A DNA stretch of 64,000 nt from Chlamydiia bacterium (lineage in GTDB: Bacteria; Chlamydiota; Chlamydiia; Chlamydiales; JAAKFR01), in the NCBI GenBank assembly GCA_963827485.1, contig CAWHBB010000007.1:22806-86805 (forward strand), written 5' to 3'. Made by a program: the position numbers and the translations under genes. Of this stretch, positions 1-9,761 are shown one piece after another; the first letter of the stretch is position 1, and each line of letters starts with the position of its first letter. Below the pieces are notes generated by a model. The model did not search any database, was not told where the DNA came from, and saw nothing but the letters and a program-made list of their open reading frames with translations.

Positions 1-1571
1 TGGGGCATCCTTTGGAGCTCTTTGGCCTGGGCAAGGGCAAGCTTTCGAGCTAAGATCTCACTAGTGCTTTGGCGCTCCATATCGGATGTGAAAAAAATTG
101 CTGCAGCCACCACTGCCCGCCTTCTTTCGATATTGCTATAGGCGTCTAGGGCTACCTTGACGATATGGATAAGTGTTCCTACGAGAGGTAAACTCTCTAT
201 TACATCGATCCCAGCATCGATCGCAATATCGATAACTGAATCTGCTGCAGAAACAAAATCAGATGCTGCATCTAGTGTGCTTGTCACGGGAGTTGTTTTT
301 GCCTTTCCCAGTATTTTTGTTTTTGCTACTTCACAGGCCTTTATAATATGGTTAAATGATTGTAAGAAAGTACCATAGTAATCATCAATTCTAGCATCCT
401 CTTTAATTGAGCGGAGTTCTTCTTGCTTAGCCCTTCTCGCTGCAGTATGCTCCGCACCCTCTAGAATATCTTCTGAGCGGCCATGTAAACATGATAAGTC
501 GGCACCGCCTGCTCCTTCTTCTCTCGCTTTTGGCGCGGCTGGGGCATTCTCGGGATTTGCAAGATGTTGTCTAGGGGGATCAGAACTTTCTGCCGCTCTT
601 GGAATTTCCTCAGGAGGTATTGTTGGCGTTTTCTCCGATATCGGTTTTGCCATTGCAACCGGTCCCCTATCGATTAGTCCACGATCGGCCCTCTGAGTAT
701 TGGATAAAAGGGAAGCTTTGGGAGTTACAGGATTAGAATCACTCTCAACACTGTCGCCAGCCCCTTTACCCTTGAACTTCAAATGCTCGGGCAGATCATC
801 TCCGAATCCAAACTTATGAATGCCATTCAGCAGATCCTGAGCTTCTGTGTATCCCTGCTTGGCTGATAGCTGGAGGTAGAGACAGGTTTTTGCATAGTCA
901 CGAACACCTCCATGGCCGAAATAATACATACAGCCTAAATTATACTGCGCCTCCGCAATTCCTTGGCTTGCTGCTTTTTTATATTGCTTTCGAGCTCTAG
1001 AAAGATCGCTTTCTCCACCTATTCCACACTCATAGCAGGTTCCTAATAAATTCTGTGCCTGGGCATTTCCTTGATCGGCAGACTTTTTGAGATAGCGACG
1101 TGCTCTTGTCTGGTCCCTAGCAACTCCAAGGCCCTCGAAGTAGATCCGACCAATACAAAATAGAGCAGATGCGTGTCCCTGATGAGCCGCTCTTTTATAC
1201 CATGAGCGAGCTATCCTAAGATCAACCGTTACTCCCCAACCTTCTTGATGCATAACACCTACATCATATTGAGCTTGGGCATCCCCATGTTCTGCTGCTT
1301 GCGTTAATAATTGATGGGCCTTTTGGTAATCTTTTTTTCTCCAAAAAGTTTCACTCAAATAGCGCTGACCTTCATTCCTCAAAGCCACCAATTTTTCAGG
1401 TGGCAGACGTTCTGGGTTTTGACTCCTAGAAGCATCATGCGCATGGGGTTTATTAGTCAGTACACTGCCTGCTACTCTAGAAGCCTTTTGTCCTTCCTGG
1501 CTCAATGGCATTGAATTTGGATGAGTAGATCTAGCCTTGGAAGGAGCGGCTGCTACCCTTGCTACTGCCAT
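1..1571 (-). CDS. Sel1/TPR-like repeat protein (partial, C-terminus beyond window start)
   Basis: Hand translation of the minus strand from ATG at 1571 (AGGAGAG 6 nt upstream) is stop-free to position 1. It contains several Sel1-type repeats (AQYNLGCMYYFGHGGVRDYAKT, AQNLLGTCYECGIGG, ALFCIGRIYFEGLGVARDQTRARRYLKKSADQGNAQAQ). It is absent from the ORF track presumably because it has no in-window stop. Confidence 0.6.
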   Translation of the reverse strand, partial: MAVARVAAAPSKARSTHPNSMPLSQEGQKASRVAGSVLTNKPHAHDASRSQNPERLPPEKLVALRNEGQRYLSETFWRKKDYQKAHQLLTQAAEHGDAQAQYDVGVMHQEGWGVTVDLRIARSWYKRAAHQGHASALFCIGRIYFEGLGVARDQTRARRYLKKSADQGNAQAQNLLGTCYECGIGGESDLSRARKQYKKAASQGIAEAQYNLGCMYYFGHGGVRDYAKTCLYLQLSAKQGYTEAQDLLNGIHKFGFGDDLPEHLKFKGKGAGDSVESDSNPVTPKASLLSNTQRADRGLIDRGPVAMAKPISEKTPTIPPEEIPRAAESSDPPRQHLANPENAPAAPKAREEGAGGADLSCLHGRSEDILEGAEHTAARRAKQEELRSIKEDARIDDYYGTFLQSFNHIIKACEVAKTKILGKAKTTPVTSTLDAASDFVSAADSVIDIAIDAGIDVIESLPLVGTLIHIVKVALDAYSNIERRRAVVAAAIFFTSDMERQSTSEILARKLALAQAKELQRMP

Positions 1572-1836
1572 AAGGATCTCTCCTGGGAATTCTATGGTAA
1601 AAATTAGCGATATGATGCCGATCCGGATTGATAAGAGTCAAGCTTGCTTTAAGGTGGTTGATTGATATGGAAGGCCACAAATTACTGAATGGACCTCTGT
1701 ATAAGTTGCCCTGGGTTGATTTTCCAATAATGGGTAGCATTATTGAAAAGGAGGGGCCAGGTGAGGGAACCTCAAGTCTATATGCAGATGCCCTCCCAAT
1801 GACATCGTGGAAAAAAATTCTACGCTTGCTAGAATT

Positions 1837-2619
1837 TCATTCTGCACAGAGCGTTTCAAGGACTAGCAGCGTGCTGTTTCTCTTCTTCTGGTACATCGAC
1901 CATATCTGTTGCAATTCCGATTCGTAAGTCGCAATGAGGCTTTTGGCCTCTGCTGAATGTGGATTGCCCATGAAGCCAATAGAGGAAAAGTGGCAGCGAC
2001 TATGAGTGGGAGTCGAGAGTATTTGGTAGGTTTCAGCTTTGGGAACATCGGCCACGCCGGGGGATCGATGTTTTTCGTAGAAGGCTCGAGCCGATTCTTC
2101 TCCATAACCCAAAATGATTCCAAGAAGGCAATCATTGTTGTGAATTTCAGAGGGTAATTTATTCTCTTTCTCGAGTGTTTTAAAAAACCCTTCGATCGTA
2201 AAATCCTCTCCCAAGAATTCTTGAAAAGTTTCCAATTTCTCTTCTAGGCACTTTTTCAAAACTTTTTTATTGCAAATGAAGATGCAGCGGAATGCCATAT
2301 CTTCACGGGGGATAAGCTCATCCAGGATGATGAAATTTGGATGAGGGAATAGCTGCTCATTCTTTTTCCAAACACTCCAACCCTCCATCAATTGTTTATT
2401 GAGAAAGTGCCCGTTATTTTCATCGAAACAGATTAGACAGGATGGTTTTGTTTCAAAAAAAAGCACATGCCCAAATAGCTCGTGATGTAAGAAATCCTGA
2501 AAAAGGACCTTAAGATAGAACCTATCGTTATATGAGAGTTTGCTTATTTGCTCATCCACAAACGAAGCAAAAAGTGTTTGATGGACTAGCAAAATAAAAA
2601 CAAATATTTTTCGAACCAT
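1837..2619 (-). CDS. hypothetical secreted protein (N-terminal signal peptide)
   Basis: 260-aa ORF with a hydrophobic N-terminus (MVRKIFVFILLVHQTLFASF). No recognisable domain. The next gene downstream starts 7 bp after its stop (probable operon). Confidence 0.45.
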   Translation of the reverse strand: MVRKIFVFILLVHQTLFASFVDEQISKLSYNDRFYLKVLFQDFLHHELFGHVLFFETKPSCLICFDENNGHFLNKQLMEGWSVWKKNEQLFPHPNFIILDELIPREDMAFRCIFICNKKVLKKCLEEKLETFQEFLGEDFTIEGFFKTLEKENKLPSEIHNNDCLLGIILGYGEESARAFYEKHRSPGVADVPKAETYQILSTPTHSRCHFSSIGFMGNPHSAEAKSLIATYESELQQIWSMYQKKRNSTLLVLETLCAE

Positions 2620-2625
2620 TTTTTA

Positions 2626-2940
2626 TCATGGAGCTTTTTTATATTTGGGACAAGCAGGGTTTTGGCACGTAGAATTGTAGAAATAATTAATATAGCCACA
2701 CGCCTGACACCTCCAATTAAGCTTGACCAAATTCAAGTCTTCGGTTTTGCAGTAAAGGCCGTCGTCAAACCATTCCAAGTTTTTCGCCTGAATGATCTCC
2801 TTATTAATAATAACATAAATTCCCCCTTCTGTGACCGAAACATTCTGCGGGTCAACTTTGCAGTATATTTCAGGAATATCTGTTTGGGCGTTCAACGAAA
2901 GAGCAGCAAGTGCGAAAAATATTGAAAGGCATTTTCTCAT
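2626..2940 (-). CDS. small secreted Cys-rich protein (C-terminal CxxC...CxxxxC zinc-ribbon-like motif)
   Basis: The ORF track gives 2626..2979. The signal-peptide-like start MRKCLSIFFALAALSLNAQ sits at 2940. The C-terminus reads CQACGYINYFYNSTCQNPACPKYKK. Confidence 0.4.
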   Translation of the reverse strand: MRKCLSIFFALAALSLNAQTDIPEIYCKVDPQNVSVTEGGIYVIINKEIIQAKNLEWFDDGLYCKTEDLNLVKLNWRCQACGYINYFYNSTCQNPACPKYKKAP

Positions 2941-3194
2941 AGGATTTCCTAATTGTTTAAGAATGGGGATGACTATCAATGAAATTTACATTTTATGCAA
3001 TGGTGTGGAATTTCACTCCCACTAAAACGGGCTGCCAGTACGCACGTCTTTAGGGATAATTGTTCGGGAAGGCCGCAGTCGCGCTCCGAGCGAAGCGAAG
3101 AGGCGCGGGGCGGCCCCCCTCTGAACGATTAGAAGACTAGCTTGAGATCTCCCCTAGACCCCTCCTAGCCTCCTAGTCCTCTCCTAGATCCCAC

Positions 3195-4220
3195 CTACTT
3201 CCCCACCGCCTCCACCTCTCGAGCCTCTTCCCCAGCCCTTCCGTCGGTTCCAATGTCTGTCCCCATGTCCGTAATCGGACTGCGCTCGTGCACATGAGCT
3301 GTCGGTGCGCGATCGATCAGGAGGCTCAGCAGTTCAGGACGGCTGTAATGCCCCAGCGGATCCATTAATCTTTTGCGCGATTCGATCAGCGCAAAATCAA
3401 GGTCCGCTACCACTGCCCCCTCACCCGTCCTAAGCGGTTCCCCCATGATTCGCCCTTCAGGATCCACAATCGCTGTGAAGCAGCCGCCAGAAATCGGTCC
3501 AATACCACAGCCCGTATCCTTCATGATCTGCGCCTGCTGATCCCCATTCAGCCATGCTGTCGCACAAACCACAAAACAGCCCGATTCCAACGCATGTTGT
3601 CGAATATTAACCTCCGTCTGCTCAGCAAAGAGTTGCCCCGCAAACGAACCAGGATACATCGCCGAGTGAATCTGCTCGCCATCCGCTATTAGGGCGTAGC
3701 GCGCAAGCGGCATGTAATGCTCCCAACAGGCAAGCTGCCCAATACGCCCAACCGCACTGTCGGTCGCACGCAATCCCGAACCATCGCCCTGCCCCCAGAT
3801 CATCCGTTCATGAAAAGTCGGCGTAATCTTGCGCCGCCTCTGAATCAATCTCCCATCCGAGTTGAAGAGAAGTTGCGTATTATAGATAGAGCCCCCCTCC
3901 CGCTCGTTAACCCCAATCGAGACCACCATCTTCGCCTCCCTCGCTGCCTCGCCAATCGCATGCGTCTCAGCAGAGGGAACCGTAACCGCTTCCTGAAGCA
4001 ATCGCAGCTGCTCCTTCGCCATCATATAAGGAGGTTGCACAAATGAAAAATAAGGATAGTAGGGGATGAGCGTCTCCGAGAAAGTCGCAAACTGCACCCC
4101 ACCTTTGCCCAGCTCTCCAATCTTCTTCACCACCTTCTCAACCGTCCCCGCACGGCTGTACAGCACAGGACTCATCTGGACCGCAGCAGCTTTCACAATC
4201 GTCATGGCAAACCCCCACAC
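3195..4220 (-). CDS. nitrilase / carbon-nitrogen hydrolase family protein
   Basis: 341 aa with the nitrilase superfamily Glu-Lys-Cys catalytic triad context (ATFSETLIPYYP; RRRKITP; LACWEHYMP). The region is visibly GC-richer than its flanks. Confidence 0.85.
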   Translation of the reverse strand: MWGFAMTIVKAAAVQMSPVLYSRAGTVEKVVKKIGELGKGGVQFATFSETLIPYYPYFSFVQPPYMMAKEQLRLLQEAVTVPSAETHAIGEAAREAKMVVSIGVNEREGGSIYNTQLLFNSDGRLIQRRRKITPTFHERMIWGQGDGSGLRATDSAVGRIGQLACWEHYMPLARYALIADGEQIHSAMYPGSFAGQLFAEQTEVNIRQHALESGCFVVCATAWLNGDQQAQIMKDTGCGIGPISGGCFTAIVDPEGRIMGEPLRTGEGAVVADLDFALIESRKRLMDPLGHYSRPELLSLLIDRAPTAHVHERSPITDMGTDIGTDGRAGEEAREVEAVGK

Positions 4221-4286
4221 ATATCAATGAAAGCCGATATATACATGGAGATGGAGATGCTATTCAATAGATCTATCGACCGCCAC

Positions 4287-4883
4287 CTAACCCCTTCTCA
4301 TCGTAAATCTCTGCGCAATCAAATCCCGATCGTTTCGAGATCGTAGAGCAATCTCACAAGAGAGAAGACTGCCAGCAGGCGAGCCACGCGCAAATTGTTG
4401 CAGCTCATCTTCAAGGTTATTCTCATCGCGATAAGGGAAGAATGTGTGGGAAAATGTTCGATCGTGTGCATCTCTACAACGCAGCTCAGCAGCATGGTAG
4501 TTGGGTACACTATGCATCATCCGCCTGATCTGCAGGTAAACTTTGTTTCGCCACACCAGGGGATAGAGTTGGCTCGCTTGCTCTCTCAACTGCCTCAGTA
4601 GCGGATCCACCTCAGCTTTCTTAACCCGTGATCCCCTCCAACAGAGATAAAGACCCAGATAGGTAGCAGCCGCAATCGTAAACAACATCGCCGCTCCACT
4701 CACCCCCAGCTGCTCTCCCATCTGGCCAAAAGCGCCGGCAGGCGACCTAACCCCCTCACAGCCAAGCGCAGCGATGATAGTAAGCGCAACCGCAAGGCTG
4801 ATCAACATTGCCACAGCCACAACCTCGCGCCTATCCATCTCTAGGCATATGCACCCTCTTTGCGCCGCAGCAACGTGACTCAT
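4287..4883 (-). CDS. hypothetical membrane protein with bilobed hydrophobic domain (Inc-like topology)
   Basis: 198 aa. Two ~20-aa hydrophobic segments (VVAVAMLISLAVALTIIAALG / AAMLFTIAAATYLGLYLCW) are separated by a short loop, followed by a soluble C-terminal part. Confidence 0.45.
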   Translation of the reverse strand: MSHVAAAQRGCICLEMDRREVVAVAMLISLAVALTIIAALGCEGVRSPAGAFGQMGEQLGVSGAAMLFTIAAATYLGLYLCWRGSRVKKAEVDPLLRQLREQASQLYPLVWRNKVYLQIRRMMHSVPNYHAAELRCRDAHDRTFSHTFFPYRDENNLEDELQQFARGSPAGSLLSCEIALRSRNDRDLIAQRFTMRRG

Positions 4884-4890
4884 AAGATCC

Positions 4891-5724
4891 CTATATTTCG
4901 GAGTCTCTTCCCAGATTGGTGAGCATCCTGCCCGCCTCTGCCGCTTTCAACTTGCCTGCCTTCAATGCCAGCATGATTTGCTGGGTGCTCTCCTCACCCG
5001 CCGCCTTTAGATTGGCCTCCAAGTTGCTTTGCAGCGCTCTAAGTCCTTCTTGCAGCTCCTCAGGGGCATCTTCAGCAAGCGCTTCGATGCGCCTCTGGAC
5101 CGCTCTAATCAGCTTCGTCATCACAGGAAAGGCGGGGACCGTATCCTCGATTGTCATAGCCTTCCTTGTCATCGGATGCTCTCCCGTTCTTGCCAGTATC
5201 TCCTCAAGGGTTGCCTTCTCAAATACATCGCCATTGGGCGTCATCACAGGATCTGTCATAATATCCTCAGTGATCGGATCGAGGCAGCTATCTTGATCCT
5301 CAAGCTCACCTAACACCTCTTTCTTTAATAAGCTCAGCACCCCAGAATCCTCTTGCTTCATACGCCACGCCATAAATTCCGATGCCAGGGACGATTTGAC
5401 GAGGAAATGGGCCGCAAGCCCTTTTACTATGGCCATCGGAATCCCGACTGCTGGCGCCACTATGGGGAAAAGCGGACCCGAACAGACACCCGCCATCATG
5501 CCGATCGAAGCCCCAGAAGCCGCTCCACCCGCCACCATCATCCCCGTATGCACTCTAGCCTCAGTAGGCAGCGAATGGATGAATTTATAGTAACCACACG
5601 TGGTATTTAACCCACTCACTCTCTCAGCAATCTCTTGCAATTTCCCATTTTTCTTCGATTCAGCCCTCTCGACTGGACTTGCGCCCAGAGATCGTGGGGA
5701 TGCTGCTGCCGCCGCTGCTGCCAT
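4891..5724 (-). CDS. U-box domain protein (eukaryotic-like E3 ubiquitin ligase candidate)
   Basis: 277 aa. The N-terminus is MAAAAAAAS, with an internal hydrophobic stretch. The C-terminal half carries a clear U-box-like signature (CLDPITEDIMTDPVMTPNGDVFEKATLEEILARTGEHPMTRKAMTIEDTVPAFPVMTKLI). Confidence 0.75.
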   Translation of the reverse strand: MAAAAAAASPRSLGASPVERAESKKNGKLQEIAERVSGLNTTCGYYKFIHSLPTEARVHTGMMVAGGAASGASIGMMAGVCSGPLFPIVAPAVGIPMAIVKGLAAHFLVKSSLASEFMAWRMKQEDSGVLSLLKKEVLGELEDQDSCLDPITEDIMTDPVMTPNGDVFEKATLEEILARTGEHPMTRKAMTIEDTVPAFPVMTKLIRAVQRRIEALAEDAPEELQEGLRALQSNLEANLKAAGEESTQQIMLALKAGKLKAAEAGRMLTNLGRDSEI

Positions 5725-5801
5725 AAATTAACCCCTGTTGAATATGAACCAAAATCCGCAAGAACAGTTTGCGAGTTCTGCTAAGAAAATGTCAAGGGGG
5801 T

Positions 5802-6803
5802 CTACACCGGTACGATAACCAGCGGCTCGCTTATCTTCCGGAAACTATCGAAATAAGAAGGCGAGACATTGAACAGAGAGGCCAGCGTAGGCGTAGAGAT
5901 AGATCCCATCACCTCTGCAATGCCGATATAGTCCGGCTCAGCATGGCTGAAAAAAGCAAGCACCTCGGCCGAATCACTCCCCATATTCTCAATATTGTGG
6001 AAGTGAGAGGCCGGCGCAAAGGCCCCCTCGCCCCCGGAAACATTCAGTACCTGGGTCTTACCGTCAGGAGAAAGAAGCGTGATCCGCGTCTGCCCCTTCA
6101 CAATATAGACCAGCTCACCCGCATTGGTGTGCCAGTGCGGCTCCACAACACCTCGCGGATTAAGGCCGAAGCCCAAGATCCCAAGTCCTTCAAGGACAGG
6201 AAGATTTGTCTTAGTTGCGAGCTGCAAGTAGCCCCCCTTCGAAAGGACCGATTTGCTGCTATCGGCAATATTGAATTTATAACGGCTGGAGATCGCGTGG
6301 GGGGGTCTTTCGATCATGGAGGGCAGCACGATCAATTCCTCCTTCTGCGATTTCTTCAATCCATCGACAAAGCCCGCCGCTGTGTTGAAGGTCGCCGTAA
6401 ACACATTTTCAGAAAGCGAGCGGATCGCACCCGTAAGTGCCATGATTTCAGGCTTCGTATGGTTATAGGCAAACTTGATCACCGTCTCGCTTGCGTCGAT
6501 ATTGGTAATCTCATGCACATAACCCATAGGAACGAAAAACACATCCCCCGCTTCAACTGTAAACCTCTCCAGCCCACTCGGAGTGCGAATCGAAACGAGC
6601 GCACCTCCCTCCAAACAGCAGCCAATCTTATTCGCATTGGGATGCCAGATCGGCACCTGGATCGCACCCCTGTTCAGCTTCAAGCCCGAAAAGGAGATGT
6701 TCTCAAAACCGCTCACCTCGGACGAGGTCACATTGACGATATATCCGCCGTCAAACTTTTGAGGCTTAATGGAATGTAGACTAAAGAAGTAGGGGTTGTT
6801 CAT
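5802..6803 (-). CDS. bicupin protein (germin/oxalate decarboxylase-like, two cupin barrels)
   Basis: 333 aa with two cupin-like halves (GYVHEITN...; HWHTNAGELVYIVKG...). The opposite-strand ORF 5769..6779 is a shadow ORF. Confidence 0.65.
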   Translation of the reverse strand: MNNPYFFSLHSIKPQKFDGGYIVNVTSSEVSGFENISFSGLKLNRGAIQVPIWHPNANKIGCCLEGGALVSIRTPSGLERFTVEAGDVFFVPMGYVHEITNIDASETVIKFAYNHTKPEIMALTGAIRSLSENVFTATFNTAAGFVDGLKKSQKEELIVLPSMIERPPHAISSRYKFNIADSSKSVLSKGGYLQLATKTNLPVLEGLGILGFGLNPRGVVEPHWHTNAGELVYIVKGQTRITLLSPDGKTQVLNVSGGEGAFAPASHFHNIENMGSDSAEVLAFFSHAEPDYIGIAEVMGSISTPTLASLFNVSPSYFDSFRKISEPLVIVPV

Positions 6804-6936
6804 AAGCTATATCAAGTTAAAATTTTAATTTAAATTTGGCCCAGAAGAGCAATAAAGTCAAGATCTTCTTAGATACAGATATTTACAAAAACTTTATACT
6901 TGCTACGTTTTGAAATAGAAAAGCTTAAGAGGAAAT

Positions 6937-8231
6937 ATGGCAGCAGCGGCAGCGGCAAGTAGCGGGGAGCGAGCAAGGATCGATAACTGCCCCGCTCCCT
7001 TACATCTCGAAGGGGTGCGCGATGGCATGCTTTCGGGCATCGGTCTAGACGACTTGATAAGCGTGGGCAAGTGCTGCAGAGCGTGGAGAGCTGTCGTCGA
7101 TGACTTCGTGCGCTGGGTAGCGTGCAGAGACCGAGAGCGAGATAGAGCGCGTCTTTCGCCTGAGATGCACGCTAAGTTCGATGCAGCATTGAAAGGAGAA
7201 AACTTTTTGAAATTTTTCTTCGAAAAGCCGTTTACTCCCACAGGCATTCGCTTGCGCTGGCATTTAGAACCTGAAGTTCGGACCCCAATTACTCGGAGTA
7301 GAAGAATCGCAAATGGACTACCCTAATCAGATGCAATCTCACTGCGTTGGTAGAATATGATGGTTTTCAATTATCGCTGTTTCCTACCCTAGGAGAGAGG
7401 AGAGCGACGTTCTCTAGCGGCTTGCGTCAGGTGGTTCTTCCACGTCATGGTAGTGAGCTTTCCATGATTTATTCAGATTCCATCACCTTTTTGAGAGAAT
7501 GTGTGATCTACAATTTACCGGCTGTTTTCCAAGATGGGCCTGCAGTCACCGAAGGGCCCTATACCGCCTGTTCAAGCAGAGATTGGGCACATCCCAATCA
7601 CATAAGAGTTGTGCATAGAGTCGGCCGTAATTTTGAAGCATTTAGCCTTTCTTGTGGGGAGGGAGCCGCTCCCCCTGACCGCCTTGCACTCGATCAGCAC
7701 TATCTGGTGAGCGCTGGAAGCGTGAGAGGCCAGGCAGCCGTTTGGGATCTATCGCAACGCAGACAAACGGCTGTTTTAGAGCATAGTGCTACAGATGCTA
7801 TTGAAGTAGCCTGCCATGGGGGAGAGGTGGTCACAGCCTCTCTGCGAAATGTAAAGTGGTGGGATGCAGCAAGCGGCGCGATGAAAAAAGAGATAATGCT
7901 CGGTATCGATGAGAAGCAATTTGCTGCACGAGCAGTCGATTTTCACTACCCCCTTGTGGGTTTGGGCAGCAATGATCGTTCAGGCAGTTACTCAGTACGT
8001 ATAATAGATCTCGCTATAGGGAGATGCTTTAGGCAATTTGAGGGCAATGGACAACTACTGACATTTTCTTTAGGTAGCTCTCAATTTTCAGTTTGTACCA
8101 TCCATAGCTCCGATCCCCACCAAACTTCACGCCTTATTACTTATGACTTCTCAACTGTCAGACGAGCCACGGATGATGCAAAGAAACCGGCCGCCGCCGC
8201 AGCAGCCGCTTCGGGTGCAGGGCCCTTTTAG
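6937..8231 (+). pseudogene. F-box/WD-like paralog copy 1, disrupted (two ORF fragments 6937..7326 and 7347..8231)
   Basis: Fragment 1 (MAAAAAASS...CCRAWRAVVDDFVRW...IRLRW) aligns with the N-termini of the two intact downstream paralogs. Fragment 2 (QLSLFPT...CSSRDWAHPNHI...AAVWDLSQRR...VKWWDAASGA) aligns with their C-terminal two thirds. The frame is lost after IRLRW. Confidence 0.55.
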
Positions 8232-8335
8232 CGATTCCGTAGTCTTTGACAAAATTTTACAATGATGTTATTCTGGTACGGTTTTTTCAAGTCCAACTCG
8301 AATATTATTAGAAACTTGAGCAAGGAGAGGAATGT

Positions 8336-9730
8336 ATGGCAGCAGCAGCGGCAGCAAAACGATCAGGGATCGATATGCCCATCCCAAAGCCTTTACAAAT
8401 GGTTTGGCAGAGCGATGAGATTCTCAAATATGCCGATCTGCACTCCTTGATGCGCTTGAGATGTTGCAGAGCATGGAGAGCGGTCGTCGATAACTTCGTG
8501 AACTGGACAGCCCGAGTAGAGAGAGAGCAGAACAGAGCGACTCTCTCACCCGCATTTCATGCCAAGTTTGATGCAGCGATAAATCAGCCAGGCTTTTTAA
8601 AATTTTGCTTCCAAGAGATGCACACCAAGACCTTCCTCGGTCTGCTCTGGCAAACAGGAGCACACGTCAGGACTCGCATGTTCAATAATACGGACTCTTC
8701 CGATCGAGCTGCCATAATCAGAGCCAATACCAACACAATTTTATTGCAAGATCCTACTCAGAATAAGGTGCTCCATTTTACTCGAAACCCGGATGCCACC
8801 TTCCAGCAAGCGCAATACCCTAGTCCCGCAGTGCGGCAAGTCGCTCTTGATCAACAAGGAGAGGGTATGGCCGTGATTGCACCTGATTGGATCAATTGGA
8901 GGGGAAGGTATTTCCAAGTTCGTTGGCCCGCTTTCCAGGGACCTGCAGTTTGCGACGGCCTTTTTTTCGCTGTGTCAAGCTCGAATTGGGCCCACCCTAA
9001 CCACATACAGACAATCCAGAAAGTATCGGGGAGTGAGGAATATAGAGTCCATATCCTCACATATGGAGAGGGCTTTCCTCCTCCAGACCGGCTTGCAATC
9101 AGCAAGCACCATCTCGTGAGCGCCCTACACCAAAGCGGCCGAGCGGAGCTTTGGGATCTATCTACCTCTCCCCCCACTTTTAGATCCCATCTATATCATG
9201 ATCCTGAAGCGGCGCCCAAGCCAGAGGCAGAGGCTGCAGCCGAGGCTCACGCGATAGAAAGAGAACCTGTTGAGATTGCTTGTCGTAATGGGCATGTCGT
9301 GACCGCCTCTCTTCAAAGAGTCAAGGTTTGGGATTTAGAGACCGGCGCAATGAAGAGAGAGATTCTTTTCGATGAGCACAAGGAGTGGGGTGGGATCTGT
9401 CCGGAGCGGGTCTCTCTCCATTACCCGCTCTTTGGATATGTCACTTGGCGCAAGGATGAGAGCGAGGATGATTCCTCGAGTGAAGAATTTTATAGCGTAC
9501 ATGTAACAGACTTAGACAGAGGGATTTACGTCGGACATTTTCCTATCGATGAGGCTCCGACAGCCTTCTCTCAGAGCTTATGGGGATTCAAGTTTTGCAC
9601 AAGCCAGATGAGGGAGGGCGGTGGTTTTACAGATTACAATACAGAGTACGAATTTCGCTTAGGCAAGCCTCCTCAGGTAGAGGTGACTTCCGGCTCGGGA
9701 GCGCAAAATGCAGGAGCTGGGAATGTGTAA
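8336..9730 (+). CDS. F-box domain protein with WD-like repeats (eukaryotic-like, paralog 2)
   Basis: 464 aa. The N-terminus is MAAAAAAKRSGIDMPIPKPL. An F-box-like motif reads SDEILKYADLHSLMRLRCCRAWRAVVDNFVNW. C-terminal WD-like motifs include AELWDLS, VKVWDLETGA and CSSSNWAHPNHI. Confidence 0.7.
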   Translation: MAAAAAAKRSGIDMPIPKPLQMVWQSDEILKYADLHSLMRLRCCRAWRAVVDNFVNWTARVEREQNRATLSPAFHAKFDAAINQPGFLKFCFQEMHTKTFLGLLWQTGAHVRTRMFNNTDSSDRAAIIRANTNTILLQDPTQNKVLHFTRNPDATFQQAQYPSPAVRQVALDQQGEGMAVIAPDWINWRGRYFQVRWPAFQGPAVCDGLFFAVSSSNWAHPNHIQTIQKVSGSEEYRVHILTYGEGFPPPDRLAISKHHLVSALHQSGRAELWDLSTSPPTFRSHLYHDPEAAPKPEAEAAAEAHAIEREPVEIACRNGHVVTASLQRVKVWDLETGAMKREILFDEHKEWGGICPERVSLHYPLFGYVTWRKDESEDDSSSEEFYSVHVTDLDRGIYVGHFPIDEAPTAFSQSLWGFKFCTSQMREGGGFTDYNTEYEFRLGKPPQVEVTSGSGAQNAGAGNV

Positions 9731-9761
9731 AGAAATTATTTTAATTTAGGAGAGAGTTCAT

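Noticed and set aside
5769-6779. 336-aa Arg-rich ORF on the plus strand
   Set aside because: It is fully antisense to the bicupin gene, with composition typical of an antisense reading frame and no motifs.
8262-8450. 62-aa ORF overlapping the start of F-box paralog 2
   Set aside because: It is in a different frame across the paralog 2 start and promoter region (a TTGACA-N17-TATTCT-like promoter at about 8244..8272 is more plausible here).
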